Shown here one piece after another: positions 1 to 8,741 of a stretch of DNA of 64,000 nucleotides. The notes under the pieces are model-generated. The model ran no database searches. It saw nothing but the letters and a program-made list of their open reading frames with translations, and was not told where the DNA came from. Source of the stretch: Planctomycetota bacterium (GTDB lineage: Bacteria > Planctomycetota > UBA11346); assembly GCA_014193115.1 (NCBI GenBank), contig BJHQ01000002.1:3975-67974 (forward strand), given 5' to 3'. Made by a program: the position numbers and the translations under genes. Numbering within the stretch: position 1 is the stretch's first letter; each line of letters begins with the position of its first letter.

Positions 1-1
1 G

Positions 2-673
2 CGGTTTGGCGGACGCGCCTTCCTGATGAATGACGCTAACGCCGGGACCTTGGCCGAATGGCGATTCGGGGCTGGGGTCGGCTGCCGGCATCTGGTCGCG
101 TTGACCATGGGCACCGGCATGGGCTCAGGGATCATTTGCGACGGACGCCTGTACGAGGGCGCGAACGGCAATGCCGGCGAGATCGGCCATATCCGGCTGA
201 CCGCCGATGGCCCGATCGGTTACGGTAAAGCCGGATCGGTCGAAGGCTGGTGCAGCGGCGGCGGCATCGCCCGCCAGCTGGCCGCGCTTGGGTCGCGCTG
301 GGCTGACGCCAAGGATCTCAATGAAGCGGCCGCAGCCGGCGATGAGACGGCGCGGCGGATCTTTGCCGACATCGGCACCAGGCTCGGCCGGACCATCGCC
401 ATCGTCATCGACCTGCTCAACCCCGAAGTCGTGGTTATCGGCCCGGTGTACCGCCGCTGCCAGCCGTGGATCGAACCGGCGATGCGCGCCGAGCTGGAGC
501 GCGAGGCCCTGCCGGCTTCCCTCGCCGCATGCCGGGTGGTGCCATCGCCCTTGGGTGAGCGCAGCGCCGAATACCAAGCAATCGCCGTAGCGATTTATCA
601 CGCTGGAGGTTTCCGCCTGACCGCCGAGCGCCTGGTTGATTCAGCCATGGCCGAGCTTCGTCCGGGAGTTTGA
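2..673 (+). CDS. ROK-family sugar kinase/regulator, C-terminal part (5' end off-window)
   Basis: The reading frame is open from the window edge. It carries the ROK glycine-rich motif MGTGMGSGIICDGRLYEGANGNAGEIGH and has high GC3. Confidence 0.8.
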   Translation, partial: RFGGRAFLMNDANAGTLAEWRFGAGVGCRHLVALTMGTGMGSGIICDGRLYEGANGNAGEIGHIRLTADGPIGYGKAGSVEGWCSGGGIARQLAALGSRWADAKDLNEAAAAGDETARRIFADIGTRLGRTIAIVIDLLNPEVVVIGPVYRRCQPWIEPAMRAELEREALPASLAACRVVPSPLGERSAEYQAIAVAIYHAGGFRLTAERLVDSAMAELRPGV

Positions 674-677
674 TCCA

Positions 678-1310
678 GTGCCCGCCCTCGTTGTCGCTGA
701 CCCCATCGCCGATCTGGTCCTGCGCCGGCCAGAGCTGGCTGCGTGCCAGGTATCACTGAACGCCGTGGCTGATCTGCTCTGCGAGCGCTTCGCCGCAGGC
801 CGGACGGTGCTGATCTGCGGCAATGGCGGCAGCGCCGCGGATGCCGAACACTGGTCAGGCGAATTGCTCAAAGGTTTCGAGCGCCGCCCGCCGCCTGCGG
901 GCGCCCATGGCCTTCCCAACCGCCTCGGCGCCCGGCTTCAGGCCGGCCTTCCGGTGATTCCGCTCAGCGGCTTCCCGTCGTTGCGGACCGCGGTGGCCAA
1001 CGACTGCCATCCATCCTTGGAGTTCGCCCAGCTGGTGGTGGCCTTCGGCAAGCCGGGCGATGTCCTGATCGGCATCAGCACCTCGGGCCGGGCGCGCAAT
1101 GTGCGCTATGCCGCCAAGGTCGCCCGGGCCCGCGGCCTGGCGACCATCGCCTTGACCGGCGGACGGGGAGAACCGCTTGCCGGCCACTGCGACCTGGCGA
1201 TCAAAGTGCCCGCAGCAACCACCGCAGCCGCCCAGGAGCTCCACCTGCCGGTGTACCACGCCTTGTGCCGGGTGGTGGAGTTGCGGCTGTTTCCCGGCCA
1301 CCCGCCATGA
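678..1310 (+). CDS. gmhA: SIS-domain sugar-phosphate isomerase (phosphoheptose isomerase GmhA/DiaA family)
   Basis: Motifs ICGNGGSAADAEHWSGEL and ISTSGRARNV match the GmhA-type SIS domain. I chose the GTG at 678, which is 5 nt after the ROK stop and preceded by GGGAG. The ORF track starts at TTG 636. Confidence 0.7.
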   Translation: MPALVVADPIADLVLRRPELAACQVSLNAVADLLCERFAAGRTVLICGNGGSAADAEHWSGELLKGFERRPPPAGAHGLPNRLGARLQAGLPVIPLSGFPSLRTAVANDCHPSLEFAQLVVAFGKPGDVLIGISTSGRARNVRYAAKVARARGLATIALTGGRGEPLAGHCDLAIKVPAATTAAAQELHLPVYHALCRVVELRLFPGHPP

Positions 1311-1468
1311 GCGGTGATCGGGCATCCACCCACGCTCTGGCTGCGCAGAGAGCGGTCGGTTGGAACGAATCGGGATCGCTTGACCTGCGCATGTCCCAAC
1401 CAGGATAAATCAAATAACTGAAAACTGCTTGATGGCAATCCGGTTCACCTGCGCTGGAAGATGAAAAC

Positions 1469-2545
1469 ATGGATCCGAAGATATTGTTAAAAATCGAACA
1501 GTCCAACCGAACCCTGTTGGACAGAATGAAGTCCCGATTTAACCTGTCGCTGGGTTTTGATGCGCAGTCCATCCAGACAATTGACCAGATGATCAATCAG
1601 TTCAGGGAGCAATTCAAGCAGGATATAGCGGTTATGGAGGTCGCGGCTGAGGAGTTTGGTGTTTTTTTGGGCGAGTGCCTGGTGAGAAATGCGCAAGGCC
1701 AATGGGTCGAAGACGATGGTCAGCTCATGGTGCAATTGAATTTCGGCAGAGCCAATCCCCTCGGCAAAGCCCGCAAACACATCGAGCACGATGCGAGTGA
1801 GTCCATTTTTGGTTTCTATCTCAGCACGATCGCTCTTGTCAACCAGCATGCGGGCAAGCATGGCACCCAGGAAAAAGTGCGGAAAGAGCCTGATGGGGCG
1901 GTCATCAACGAGAGCTATTCCACCAATGCCCCCCATGTCAAAGCCTCGCTGTGGCGGCTGATGAAGCACGATGATGACCTGCGGCTGTGGAGCAATCTGA
2001 TCCTCATCGCGGGATTCGGCGTGTTTTTCCTCTCGGTCTGGGGTGCACGGCTTATTTCGCAAGATCAGGTGCTCTGGGGTGGGATTCTGCTCGCCCTGGG
2101 CATCGCGCTGCTCGTCTTTCTCTTGTATTTTTCCATACTATTCCTGCGGGCGCTGCACATGACCCGGGTCATGTTCTATAATGCGCTCCTGTCGCCGGCC
2201 ATGATCATCTCGCTTGATCCGCTAAAACTCGCCTGTGTCGCCGAGATGGGGAATGGCAGAGATGGAGATTATTGGGGATGGAAAATGAGAGAGGTGAAAG
2301 ATCTACCAGGCCATCATCGCCAACTCCATGAAATCATCCCCTGCGTTTCGGTTTTTCGCGATGGTCCAGGCGATCACCACGCGGATTTCGATCCTAGGCC
2401 GATATGCTGGGGCACTTCGGATAAGAAGGAGGTGGAACGATGCCTTCAAAAAACCGATCGAGAAGCCCTTGAGCAGTTGCAAATGCTTATTCGCGATGGG
2501 AATTTCGCTCAGTTGTCGGACGAGGTGCGCATTGTCGGACATTGA
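1469..2545 (+). CDS. Hypothetical two-TM membrane protein, compositionally atypical (lower G+C)
   Basis: This 358-aa ORF starts at ATG. It has a soluble N-domain (GVFLGECLVRNAQGQWV) and two hydrophobic helices (LILIAGFGVFFLSVWGARLI and ILLALGIALLVFLLYFSILFL), followed by a C-domain. It is much richer in A/T-ending codons than its neighbours. Confidence 0.7.
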   Translation: MDPKILLKIEQSNRTLLDRMKSRFNLSLGFDAQSIQTIDQMINQFREQFKQDIAVMEVAAEEFGVFLGECLVRNAQGQWVEDDGQLMVQLNFGRANPLGKARKHIEHDASESIFGFYLSTIALVNQHAGKHGTQEKVRKEPDGAVINESYSTNAPHVKASLWRLMKHDDDLRLWSNLILIAGFGVFFLSVWGARLISQDQVLWGGILLALGIALLVFLLYFSILFLRALHMTRVMFYNALLSPAMIISLDPLKLACVAEMGNGRDGDYWGWKMREVKDLPGHHRQLHEIIPCVSVFRDGPGDHHADFDPRPICWGTSDKKEVERCLQKTDREALEQLQMLIRDGNFAQLSDEVRIVGH

Positions 2546-2613
2546 CAGCTCACGTCGTCGCCCCTCCCCCAGTCCTTGGCGCCATCGCGTCTTGGCAGAG
2601 AGAAAGATATCCT

Positions 2614-3531
2614 GTGCCTGAATCCATCACCTGGGGCGCCATCGGCGCCGGCGATGTCATGGAGCGCAAGTCCGGCCCGCCGCTCTACAAGCAGGCGAAC
2701 AGCCGCCTGGGTGCAGTGACCCGGCGAGACGCCGATAAAGGCAGGGATTATGCCCGCCGCCATGGTTGCCGCTTCGTCCCGACCGTGACCGAGCTGGTCG
2801 CTGATCCGTCCATCGACGCGATCTATGTCGCCAGTCCCGAAGCATTCCATCTGGAGCATGTGCTGGCAGCCGCTGCTGCCGGCAAGCCGGTGCTGGTCGA
2901 AAAGGAGATGGGCAACAGCACCGCGGAATGCGATGCGATGATCGTCGCGTGCAAAAAAGCCCAGGTTCCCCTCGGTGTCGCGTATTATCGCCGTTGCCAT
3001 CCATCGATCCGCGCCGCTCAGCGACTGCTCGCCGCTGGCGCCATCGGAACCCCGCAGCGGCTGTGGATGAACGACCAGTTCCCCATCGTCCATCGTCTCG
3101 ATCTGACCTTCATGCTGTTCGGCGACATCGCCAGCATCACCGTCACCGAGGAGGATCTTCCGCCCGACAGCCATGCCGACCGTGGTCCGGTCCTGCGCGC
3201 CTTGCACGCCTCAGGCACCAGATCGTCCGGCAATCTGAAAATGCGTGAGAACCACGACGTCGAACAGGTGGTCATCGACGGCAGCGAGTCGCGCTTGGTG
3301 ATCCACGACCTGAAGGCCGGTCGGATGAGCCGCACCTGGGGCTGGAAATTCGAGACGCTGGATCAGCCCGCTGATCCCTGGGCGCATTGGGGGATCATCG
3401 GCAATTTCGTCGATCACCTGCGGAGCGGCACACCCTTGGCCTGCACCGGCGAAGACGGCCGCAAAACCACGGTCATCATGGATGCGGTGCGCAAAGGCGC
3501 CGGCGCGACGCCGGTCGCCATCGCCTATTGA
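2614..3531 (+). CDS. Gfo/Idh/MocA-family NAD(P)-dependent oxidoreductase
   Basis: The N-terminal Rossmann motif ITWGAIGAGDV and the EKP-like motif PVLVEKEM are present. The GTG at 2614 is preceded by a purine-rich AGAGAGAAAG. The ORF track begins at TTG 2542. Confidence 0.8.
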   Translation: MPESITWGAIGAGDVMERKSGPPLYKQANSRLGAVTRRDADKGRDYARRHGCRFVPTVTELVADPSIDAIYVASPEAFHLEHVLAAAAAGKPVLVEKEMGNSTAECDAMIVACKKAQVPLGVAYYRRCHPSIRAAQRLLAAGAIGTPQRLWMNDQFPIVHRLDLTFMLFGDIASITVTEEDLPPDSHADRGPVLRALHASGTRSSGNLKMRENHDVEQVVIDGSESRLVIHDLKAGRMSRTWGWKFETLDQPADPWAHWGIIGNFVDHLRSGTPLACTGEDGRKTTVIMDAVRKGAGATPVAIAY

Positions 3532-3683
3532 ACCACGCGGTCGGGGAACTGCCGAAGCGCCAAGCGGTGTAGGCTTCGCTGACGTTCCATCCGCCAGCCC
3601 GGACAAGGTGATTCCCCTGGGCTAAGAGTTCCCCAGGAATATCCTTGGCGTTATGGCGCCTTCAGGGTCCGTTTGCAGGATCG

Positions 3684-3710
3684 CGGACCGGCGGCGTGGC
3701 CGCCGGTCCG
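3684..3710. terminator. Perfect 12-bp-stem hairpin between convergent genes (possible bidirectional terminator)
   Basis: CGGACCGGCGGC-GTG-GCCGCCGGTCCG lies between the oxidoreductase stop (3531) and the stop of the minus-strand small ORF (3719). There is no clear U-tract. Confidence 0.4.
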
Positions 3711-3718
3711 GAACCGGA

Positions 3719-3928
3719 TCACTGCTCGCGAGCGGCCAGGGTGGAGATCGCCTGGGCCCACAGGAAGAACTTGTTGGTGCCCAGATCGCCGATGGTCTTG
3801 ATGCCAAGGGCAGCCAGATGCTCGGCGTGGACCGGGGTGAGTCCTTGCAGGGCGTGGGTCGGGCTGGCGGCGATCTCTTTGAGGGTCTTCGTCTCGAAGG
3901 CCTTGTCGACCGCGAAATTGATGTTCAT
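3719..3928 (-). CDS. Small hypothetical protein (69 aa)
   Basis: The internal ATG (MNINFAVDKAF...) is preceded by GAGGAA. GC3 is high after that point, and the hairpin at 3684-3710 follows the stop. I recognise no family. Confidence 0.5.
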   Translation of the reverse strand: MNINFAVDKAFETKTLKEIAASPTHALQGLTPVHAEHLAALGIKTIGDLGTNKFFLWAQAISTLAAREQ

Positions 3929-4059
3929 GGAGAGGTTCCTCGGGCGGTGGGTGGGTGGCCGGCGCGGCGGTGTCGCCCGTGCCGGCGAAGCTGCCATGGA
4001 TGTTCGGATCCGCCACCGCCGGCTTCCGTTATGCCAGGCGGAGCCAGAACTGTCCGCCG

Positions 4060-4812
4060 ATGTTGCCCGATTTCAGTCCAGCCGCCTGGGCCGCCTTGAC
4101 GGTGGGTGCGGTGTTCACCGGCATGGCCAAGACCGGACTGCCTGGGCTGGGCATCCTGGTGGTTGTGCTGATCGCCCACATCGTCGGCGATGTTCGACAA
4201 TCTGCAGCGATGCAGCTGCCCTTGCTGTGCTTGGCCGACCTGTTCGGCGTGTGGTGGTTTCGGCGCCATGCCCAGGTCGGCCGGCTGTGGGAGCTCGCTC
4301 CCTGGGTGCTGGTCGGTCTGGTCATCGGCGCAGCGACGTTGCTGCTGCACACCACCTGGCTCAAGCCGATGCTGGGGGTGATCGTGCTGGCGATGATCGC
4401 GCTGACCATGTTGCGCCGTTGGCGCGGCGATCCCCAGCCCGGACCACGCTGGTCGGCTGGCATGGGCGCGCTGACTGGTTTCTCGACCACGGTGGCCAAT
4501 GCCGCTGGACCGGTGATGAATCTGTACCTGCTGGCCCGGCGCTTGCCGAAGAGCGAATTCCTCGCCACCGGCGCCTGGTTCTTCCTGGTCATCAATCTCG
4601 CGAAAATTCCAGTCTATGCCGCTCAACCGGTGCTCGGTGGAGATCCTATGTTCACCAGCCAGGGATTGCTGGCGGACCTGATCCTGGCGCCGATGGTGGT
4701 AGTCGGAGCGTTGATCGGCCGCCAGGTCAGCAACGCCCTGCCTCAGGCCTGGTTCGACGGATCGGTCCTGGCGCTGTCGGCCATCGGCGCAGCGTCGCTG
4801 CTCTGGTGGTGA
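4060..4812 (+). CDS. TauE/SafE-family sulfite/anion exporter membrane protein
   Basis: This is a multi-TM protein with the duplicated motif GMAKTGLPGLG / TVANAAGPVMNLYLL typical of TauE/SafE. The start was chosen at MLPDFS. Confidence 0.8.
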   Translation: MLPDFSPAAWAALTVGAVFTGMAKTGLPGLGILVVVLIAHIVGDVRQSAAMQLPLLCLADLFGVWWFRRHAQVGRLWELAPWVLVGLVIGAATLLLHTTWLKPMLGVIVLAMIALTMLRRWRGDPQPGPRWSAGMGALTGFSTTVANAAGPVMNLYLLARRLPKSEFLATGAWFFLVINLAKIPVYAAQPVLGGDPMFTSQGLLADLILAPMVVVGALIGRQVSNALPQAWFDGSVLALSAIGAASLLWW

Positions 4813-4894
4813 CCGGTCTGCCCCCGAACGACCCACCTGGTCTGGAACAACAGCGCAGTCCATCATCCGTAGGCCTTTGCCTGGAGTACCTCCC

Positions 4895-6337
4895 ATGTCT
4901 CTGATCACGCCGGCACGCTGCGCAGCCCTCCTCTGCGCAACCCTGATCGCGTTACCACCGCTCGCCGCAGGCGAAAGCAAAGGCAAGGCCGGATCTCTGC
5001 TGAGCGATACGCCGGGCTACCAAGCCAACGTCGCCGCCGGTACCACCGGCCACCGCTTCGCGCTTTACATTCCCAAGCAGTACGCCACCGATCTGGAACG
5101 GAAGTTTCCAGTGCTGTTCTGCCAGCATCCCGGCGGGAATCCGGCTGGTGAGGTCAACAAATGGGGGCCTTGGGCTGAGCGTTTCGGCGTGGTGGTGGTC
5201 GGTATCATCGGCCCGTCCAATAGCATGGCCCAGCACGAGAAACCACCGATCCAGGACGCCGTGGCGAAAACCGTGGTTTCCGAATTGCGTACCCATCCGC
5301 AGCTGCGCTGGACCTGGGGCGTCAGCGGCGGATCCGCCGACGGTGCGCGATTCCTGCGTCGCAAACCCGACCAGTTCGCTGGCGCCTGCCTGGTCGCTGC
5401 CTTTGGTGGCCCTACCGGAGTGAAGCTGAACCACCTCGCATTTGGCATCGTCCAGGGCGGCAAGGACGACATCTGTTCTGCAAAAGGCGTGCTTGGAGAG
5501 GCCATCACCCAGTGGAAGACCCAAGGCAACCCGCTGCGCTGGAACCTCAGCCAGATGGGCGCCCATACCGGCGGGCCGCCCGGTGCCGCTGAAGAAATGC
5601 TCACCTGGCTGGTATGGCAGGGGAAGCTGAGTGCGCCGTTCCTGACACCGGATGAGCACGCCCGTCACGTCGCGGACGCTGCGGCTTGGGCCAAGACCAT
5701 CGCTGAGGACAGCGACGCCGACCGCCAGATGCGAGAAGCGGCTTTGTTCCTGCACCTGCCCACCGAGGCTGTCCCCGGCTTCGACAAGATCGCCAGTCTT
5801 TGGCGCGACCGGGTGCTCGCTGCGGTTTCCGCCCTGTCCGCTCCCGACCGGCTCGCGGCGCTTTCCGACGCGTTGTCTGGCGAGCGCTGGCAACCAACCA
5901 GCTATGGGAAGACCGACCCGAAACCGTGCTGGATCGTCACCTTGGGTTCCTCGGGCGGACCGCACCTGCCGGCGGAGATTCGCCAGTCTTTGGACAAGGA
6001 AAAAAATGCGGCCGCCAGCGATGCGGCGGCGGCGAAGGATTGGGACCTGCTGGTCAAGATGCGTGCCTGCGTGCTGGCCGAAATTGATGGCGGCCTCGAT
6101 TTCGACCGGGCCAAGGCGGTGTTCGCGGCCTATGAAACCGTCGCGAAGGTCGATCCGGCCAACCGCTGGTGCCAGCAGGCTGCCCAGCACGGTGCCCGGG
6201 TGCGCAGCTATTGGGAGCGCAAATCGCCGGAAAATGCCCCGGCTCGGGCCGCATCAGCCTCAGCGGCCACGACCACGGCTCCGAAGGAGGAACCCAAGTC
6301 CAATGATGGCGCCGCGCCCGCTCCTGGCGCGCCGTAA
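4895..6337 (+). CDS. Secreted alpha/beta-hydrolase (esterase-like) with helical C-terminal domain
   Basis: A signal peptide (MSLITPARCAALLCATLIALPPLAAG) follows a GGAG RBS. The nucleophile elbow is GVSGG, and the tail is Ala/Pro-rich. Confidence 0.7.
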   Translation: MSLITPARCAALLCATLIALPPLAAGESKGKAGSLLSDTPGYQANVAAGTTGHRFALYIPKQYATDLERKFPVLFCQHPGGNPAGEVNKWGPWAERFGVVVVGIIGPSNSMAQHEKPPIQDAVAKTVVSELRTHPQLRWTWGVSGGSADGARFLRRKPDQFAGACLVAAFGGPTGVKLNHLAFGIVQGGKDDICSAKGVLGEAITQWKTQGNPLRWNLSQMGAHTGGPPGAAEEMLTWLVWQGKLSAPFLTPDEHARHVADAAAWAKTIAEDSDADRQMREAALFLHLPTEAVPGFDKIASLWRDRVLAAVSALSAPDRLAALSDALSGERWQPTSYGKTDPKPCWIVTLGSSGGPHLPAEIRQSLDKEKNAAASDAAAAKDWDLLVKMRACVLAEIDGGLDFDRAKAVFAAYETVAKVDPANRWCQQAAQHGARVRSYWERKSPENAPARAASASAATTTAPKEEPKSNDGAAPAPGAP

Positions 6338-6387
6338 CCCAGCCGCACCCTGGCCAGTTGGCGGCGCGCCCATTCGATGCCCAGCCT

Positions 6388-7788
6388 ATGCCGATCGATG
6401 TCGCCTTGGATGCCGCCGATGCCGCCTTCGGCCAGAACGTGGACCGGCTGATCCGGCTGGTGCGCATTCCTTCCTGTAGTTTTCCTGGCTTCGACCCGGC
6501 CCACGTCCAAACGTCGGCGGAGGACACCGCAGCCTGGCTGCGCGAAGCCGGTTACCCTGAGGTCCGGCTGATCCGGTTCCCGGCTGACAACCCGTTGCCC
6601 TATGTACTGGCTCGTGACCACCGGGCCGGACCGGCTGCGCCGACGGTACTGCTTTACGCCCATCACGATGTCCAGCCACCGCTGCGACAAGAAGTCTGGA
6701 AGACACCGCCATACGAGCCGACCCGGATCGGCGATCGGCTGTACGCGCGCGGCGCTGCCGACGACAAAGCCGGAATCGCTGTCCACTGCGCGGCAGCGGC
6801 AGCCTGGAATGCCACCCACGGCCGGCCTCCGGTGAACCTGACCGTGCTGATCGAAGGCGAGGAGGAGATCGGTTCGCCGCACATGGCGGCGTTTTTGGCG
6901 GCCCACGCTGCGGAGCTCGCGTGCGACGCGACGGTGATCGCCGATCTCGGCAACGTCGATACCGGGCTGCCCAGCCTGACCACCAGCCTGCGCGGCCTGG
7001 TCAAAATCGAGATCGAACTGCGTGCCCTGCGTTCGCCGTTGCACAGCGGCATGTGGGGCGGAGCCGTGCCGGATGTCGCCCAGGCATTGTGCAAGCTGCT
7101 CGCCGGGTTGACCGACGCCGACGGTCGTCTGGCGATTCCCGGTCTGTTCGATCAGGTGCGGCGGCCAGAGCCGGAAACGTTGCGGGCGTGGGCTGGCATC
7201 CCCCATGATGCCGCCCGCCTCGCCGAACAGGCGGGCGTGCTGTCGGGGCGGATGGAAACCGACCCAGCCACGCTGTTCCGGCACGTCTGGCGCGAGCCAT
7301 CGCTGTCGATCAATGCGATCCAGTGCGGCCTGCGCGGCCAGACCGGCAATGTGCTGATGGATTGCGCCTGGGCGACCCTCGGCATCCGCATCGTCCCAGA
7401 TCAGGATCCACCGACGGTGATGCGGCTGCTCTGCGACCACCTGCGCCGTCACGCGCCCGCCGGCATGGAGCTCTCCATCACCGAACGTTCGTGCAGTCCG
7501 GCCTGGGGATGCGCCACCGATCACCCGGTGTTCGCCCACGCCAAACAGGCGCTGCGCATCGGGTACGGAACGGATGCAGTCGAGATGGGCTGTGGCGCCA
7601 GCATCCCGTTCGTCGGCGATTTATGTGAGGTTCTGAACGTTCCGGCCCTGCTGATCGGCGTGGAGGATCCGCCCTGCGGCGCCCACGCTGAAAACGAGTC
7701 GGTGCACCTTGGTGATCTGCGTAAGGCGATCCGGTCAGAAATCGCCTTATTCGGGTTGATGGCTGGGCTCCCGACCCCTGCATGTTGA
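6388..7788 (+). CDS. M20/M25/M40-family metallopeptidase (dipeptidase-like)
   Basis: Motifs YAHHDVQPP, ARGAADDKAG and IEGEEEIGSP are present. Confidence 0.85.
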   Translation: MPIDVALDAADAAFGQNVDRLIRLVRIPSCSFPGFDPAHVQTSAEDTAAWLREAGYPEVRLIRFPADNPLPYVLARDHRAGPAAPTVLLYAHHDVQPPLRQEVWKTPPYEPTRIGDRLYARGAADDKAGIAVHCAAAAAWNATHGRPPVNLTVLIEGEEEIGSPHMAAFLAAHAAELACDATVIADLGNVDTGLPSLTTSLRGLVKIEIELRALRSPLHSGMWGGAVPDVAQALCKLLAGLTDADGRLAIPGLFDQVRRPEPETLRAWAGIPHDAARLAEQAGVLSGRMETDPATLFRHVWREPSLSINAIQCGLRGQTGNVLMDCAWATLGIRIVPDQDPPTVMRLLCDHLRRHAPAGMELSITERSCSPAWGCATDHPVFAHAKQALRIGYGTDAVEMGCGASIPFVGDLCEVLNVPALLIGVEDPPCGAHAENESVHLGDLRKAIRSEIALFGLMAGLPTPAC

Positions 7789-8720
7789 GCCTGCGTTTCA
7801 TCCTCAGCCTGGGCCGGATGCTGCCGCCGGGATTCGCCTGGTGGGTGGGCGGTGTGCTCGGTGATGCCTTCGGACGTCTGCCGATGCGCGATCAGCGGCG
7901 TTGCCGGATCCACTTGGCCAAGGGTTTCCCCGAGCGCGATGCGGACTGGGTCGAACGCACAGCGCGGAAATCCTTCCGTCATATGGGGCGGATGGCGGCG
8001 TGGTCGCTGGCGACGCTGCACCGCGGTGCGCTGGACATGCGCAAAGGCGTGGCGCTGGAGGGCGTCGGCAACTTGCAGGCGACCCAGCAGGCGTGCCGCC
8101 GCAGGGAAGGCACCGTGGGATTCACCGGGCACTTCGGCAATTGGGACCTGCTCGCCCGGCTTGGTGGAACCCTGTTCCCGATGGCGGCGGTGGGCCGGCG
8201 CCTGCGCAATCAGGTGGCCGATGCGCTGGTCATCGCGGTCCGGCGCAGCGGCGGCGCCGAGGTCGTGTACCAGGATGCCGGGGTGCTGCCGATGCTGCGG
8301 GTCCTGCGTCAGGGGCACCTGTTGGCGGTGCTGATCGATCAGGACATTCCCCGTCTGGCCGGAACCTGGGTGCCTTGGTTCGGCGACCTCGCCCTGACAC
8401 CGACCGGTCCTGGCGCCTTGGCGCTGCTCGGCCGGGCCGGTGTCCAACCGGTCTTCATGCGCTGGCGCCACGGCAGCGGACCGGTCGGCGGCGGACGTTG
8501 GATCATGCATTTCGGACCGCGCCGGACGTTCACTGCGGCGCCAGGAGAGGACCGCGAGGCGGTGATCTACCGCCTGACCGCTTGGATCACCGCGTACCAG
8601 GAATCCATCGTCAGACGCGCACCCGAACAGTGGGTCTGGTGGCACCTGCGCTGGCGTACCCGGCCTCCGGCAGGCTGGTCTGCGGGTGATGCCGGACACG
8701 AGCAGCCGGAGCGCAAGTAG
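7782..8720 (+). CDS. Lysophospholipid / lipid A late acyltransferase (LpxL/HtrB family)
   Basis: It has an N-terminal hydrophobic anchor and the HX4D-type motif FTGHFGNWDL. Its start overlaps the stop of the M20 gene. Confidence 0.75.
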   Translation: MLSLRFILSLGRMLPPGFAWWVGGVLGDAFGRLPMRDQRRCRIHLAKGFPERDADWVERTARKSFRHMGRMAAWSLATLHRGALDMRKGVALEGVGNLQATQQACRRREGTVGFTGHFGNWDLLARLGGTLFPMAAVGRRLRNQVADALVIAVRRSGGAEVVYQDAGVLPMLRVLRQGHLLAVLIDQDIPRLAGTWVPWFGDLALTPTGPGALALLGRAGVQPVFMRWRHGSGPVGGGRWIMHFGPRRTFTAAPGEDREAVIYRLTAWITAYQESIVRRAPEQWVWWHLRWRTRPPAGWSAGDAGHEQPERK

Positions 8721-8741
8721 GGCTTTGCTCCGTGTGACAGA

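Noticed and set aside
3645-4904. Overlapping ORFs of 419 aa (plus strand) and 353 aa (minus strand) lie across the TauE region.
   Set aside because: Their translations are Arg/Gly/Pro-rich with no motifs. The alternative frame at 4060-4812 gives a clean multi-TM TauE/SafE protein.
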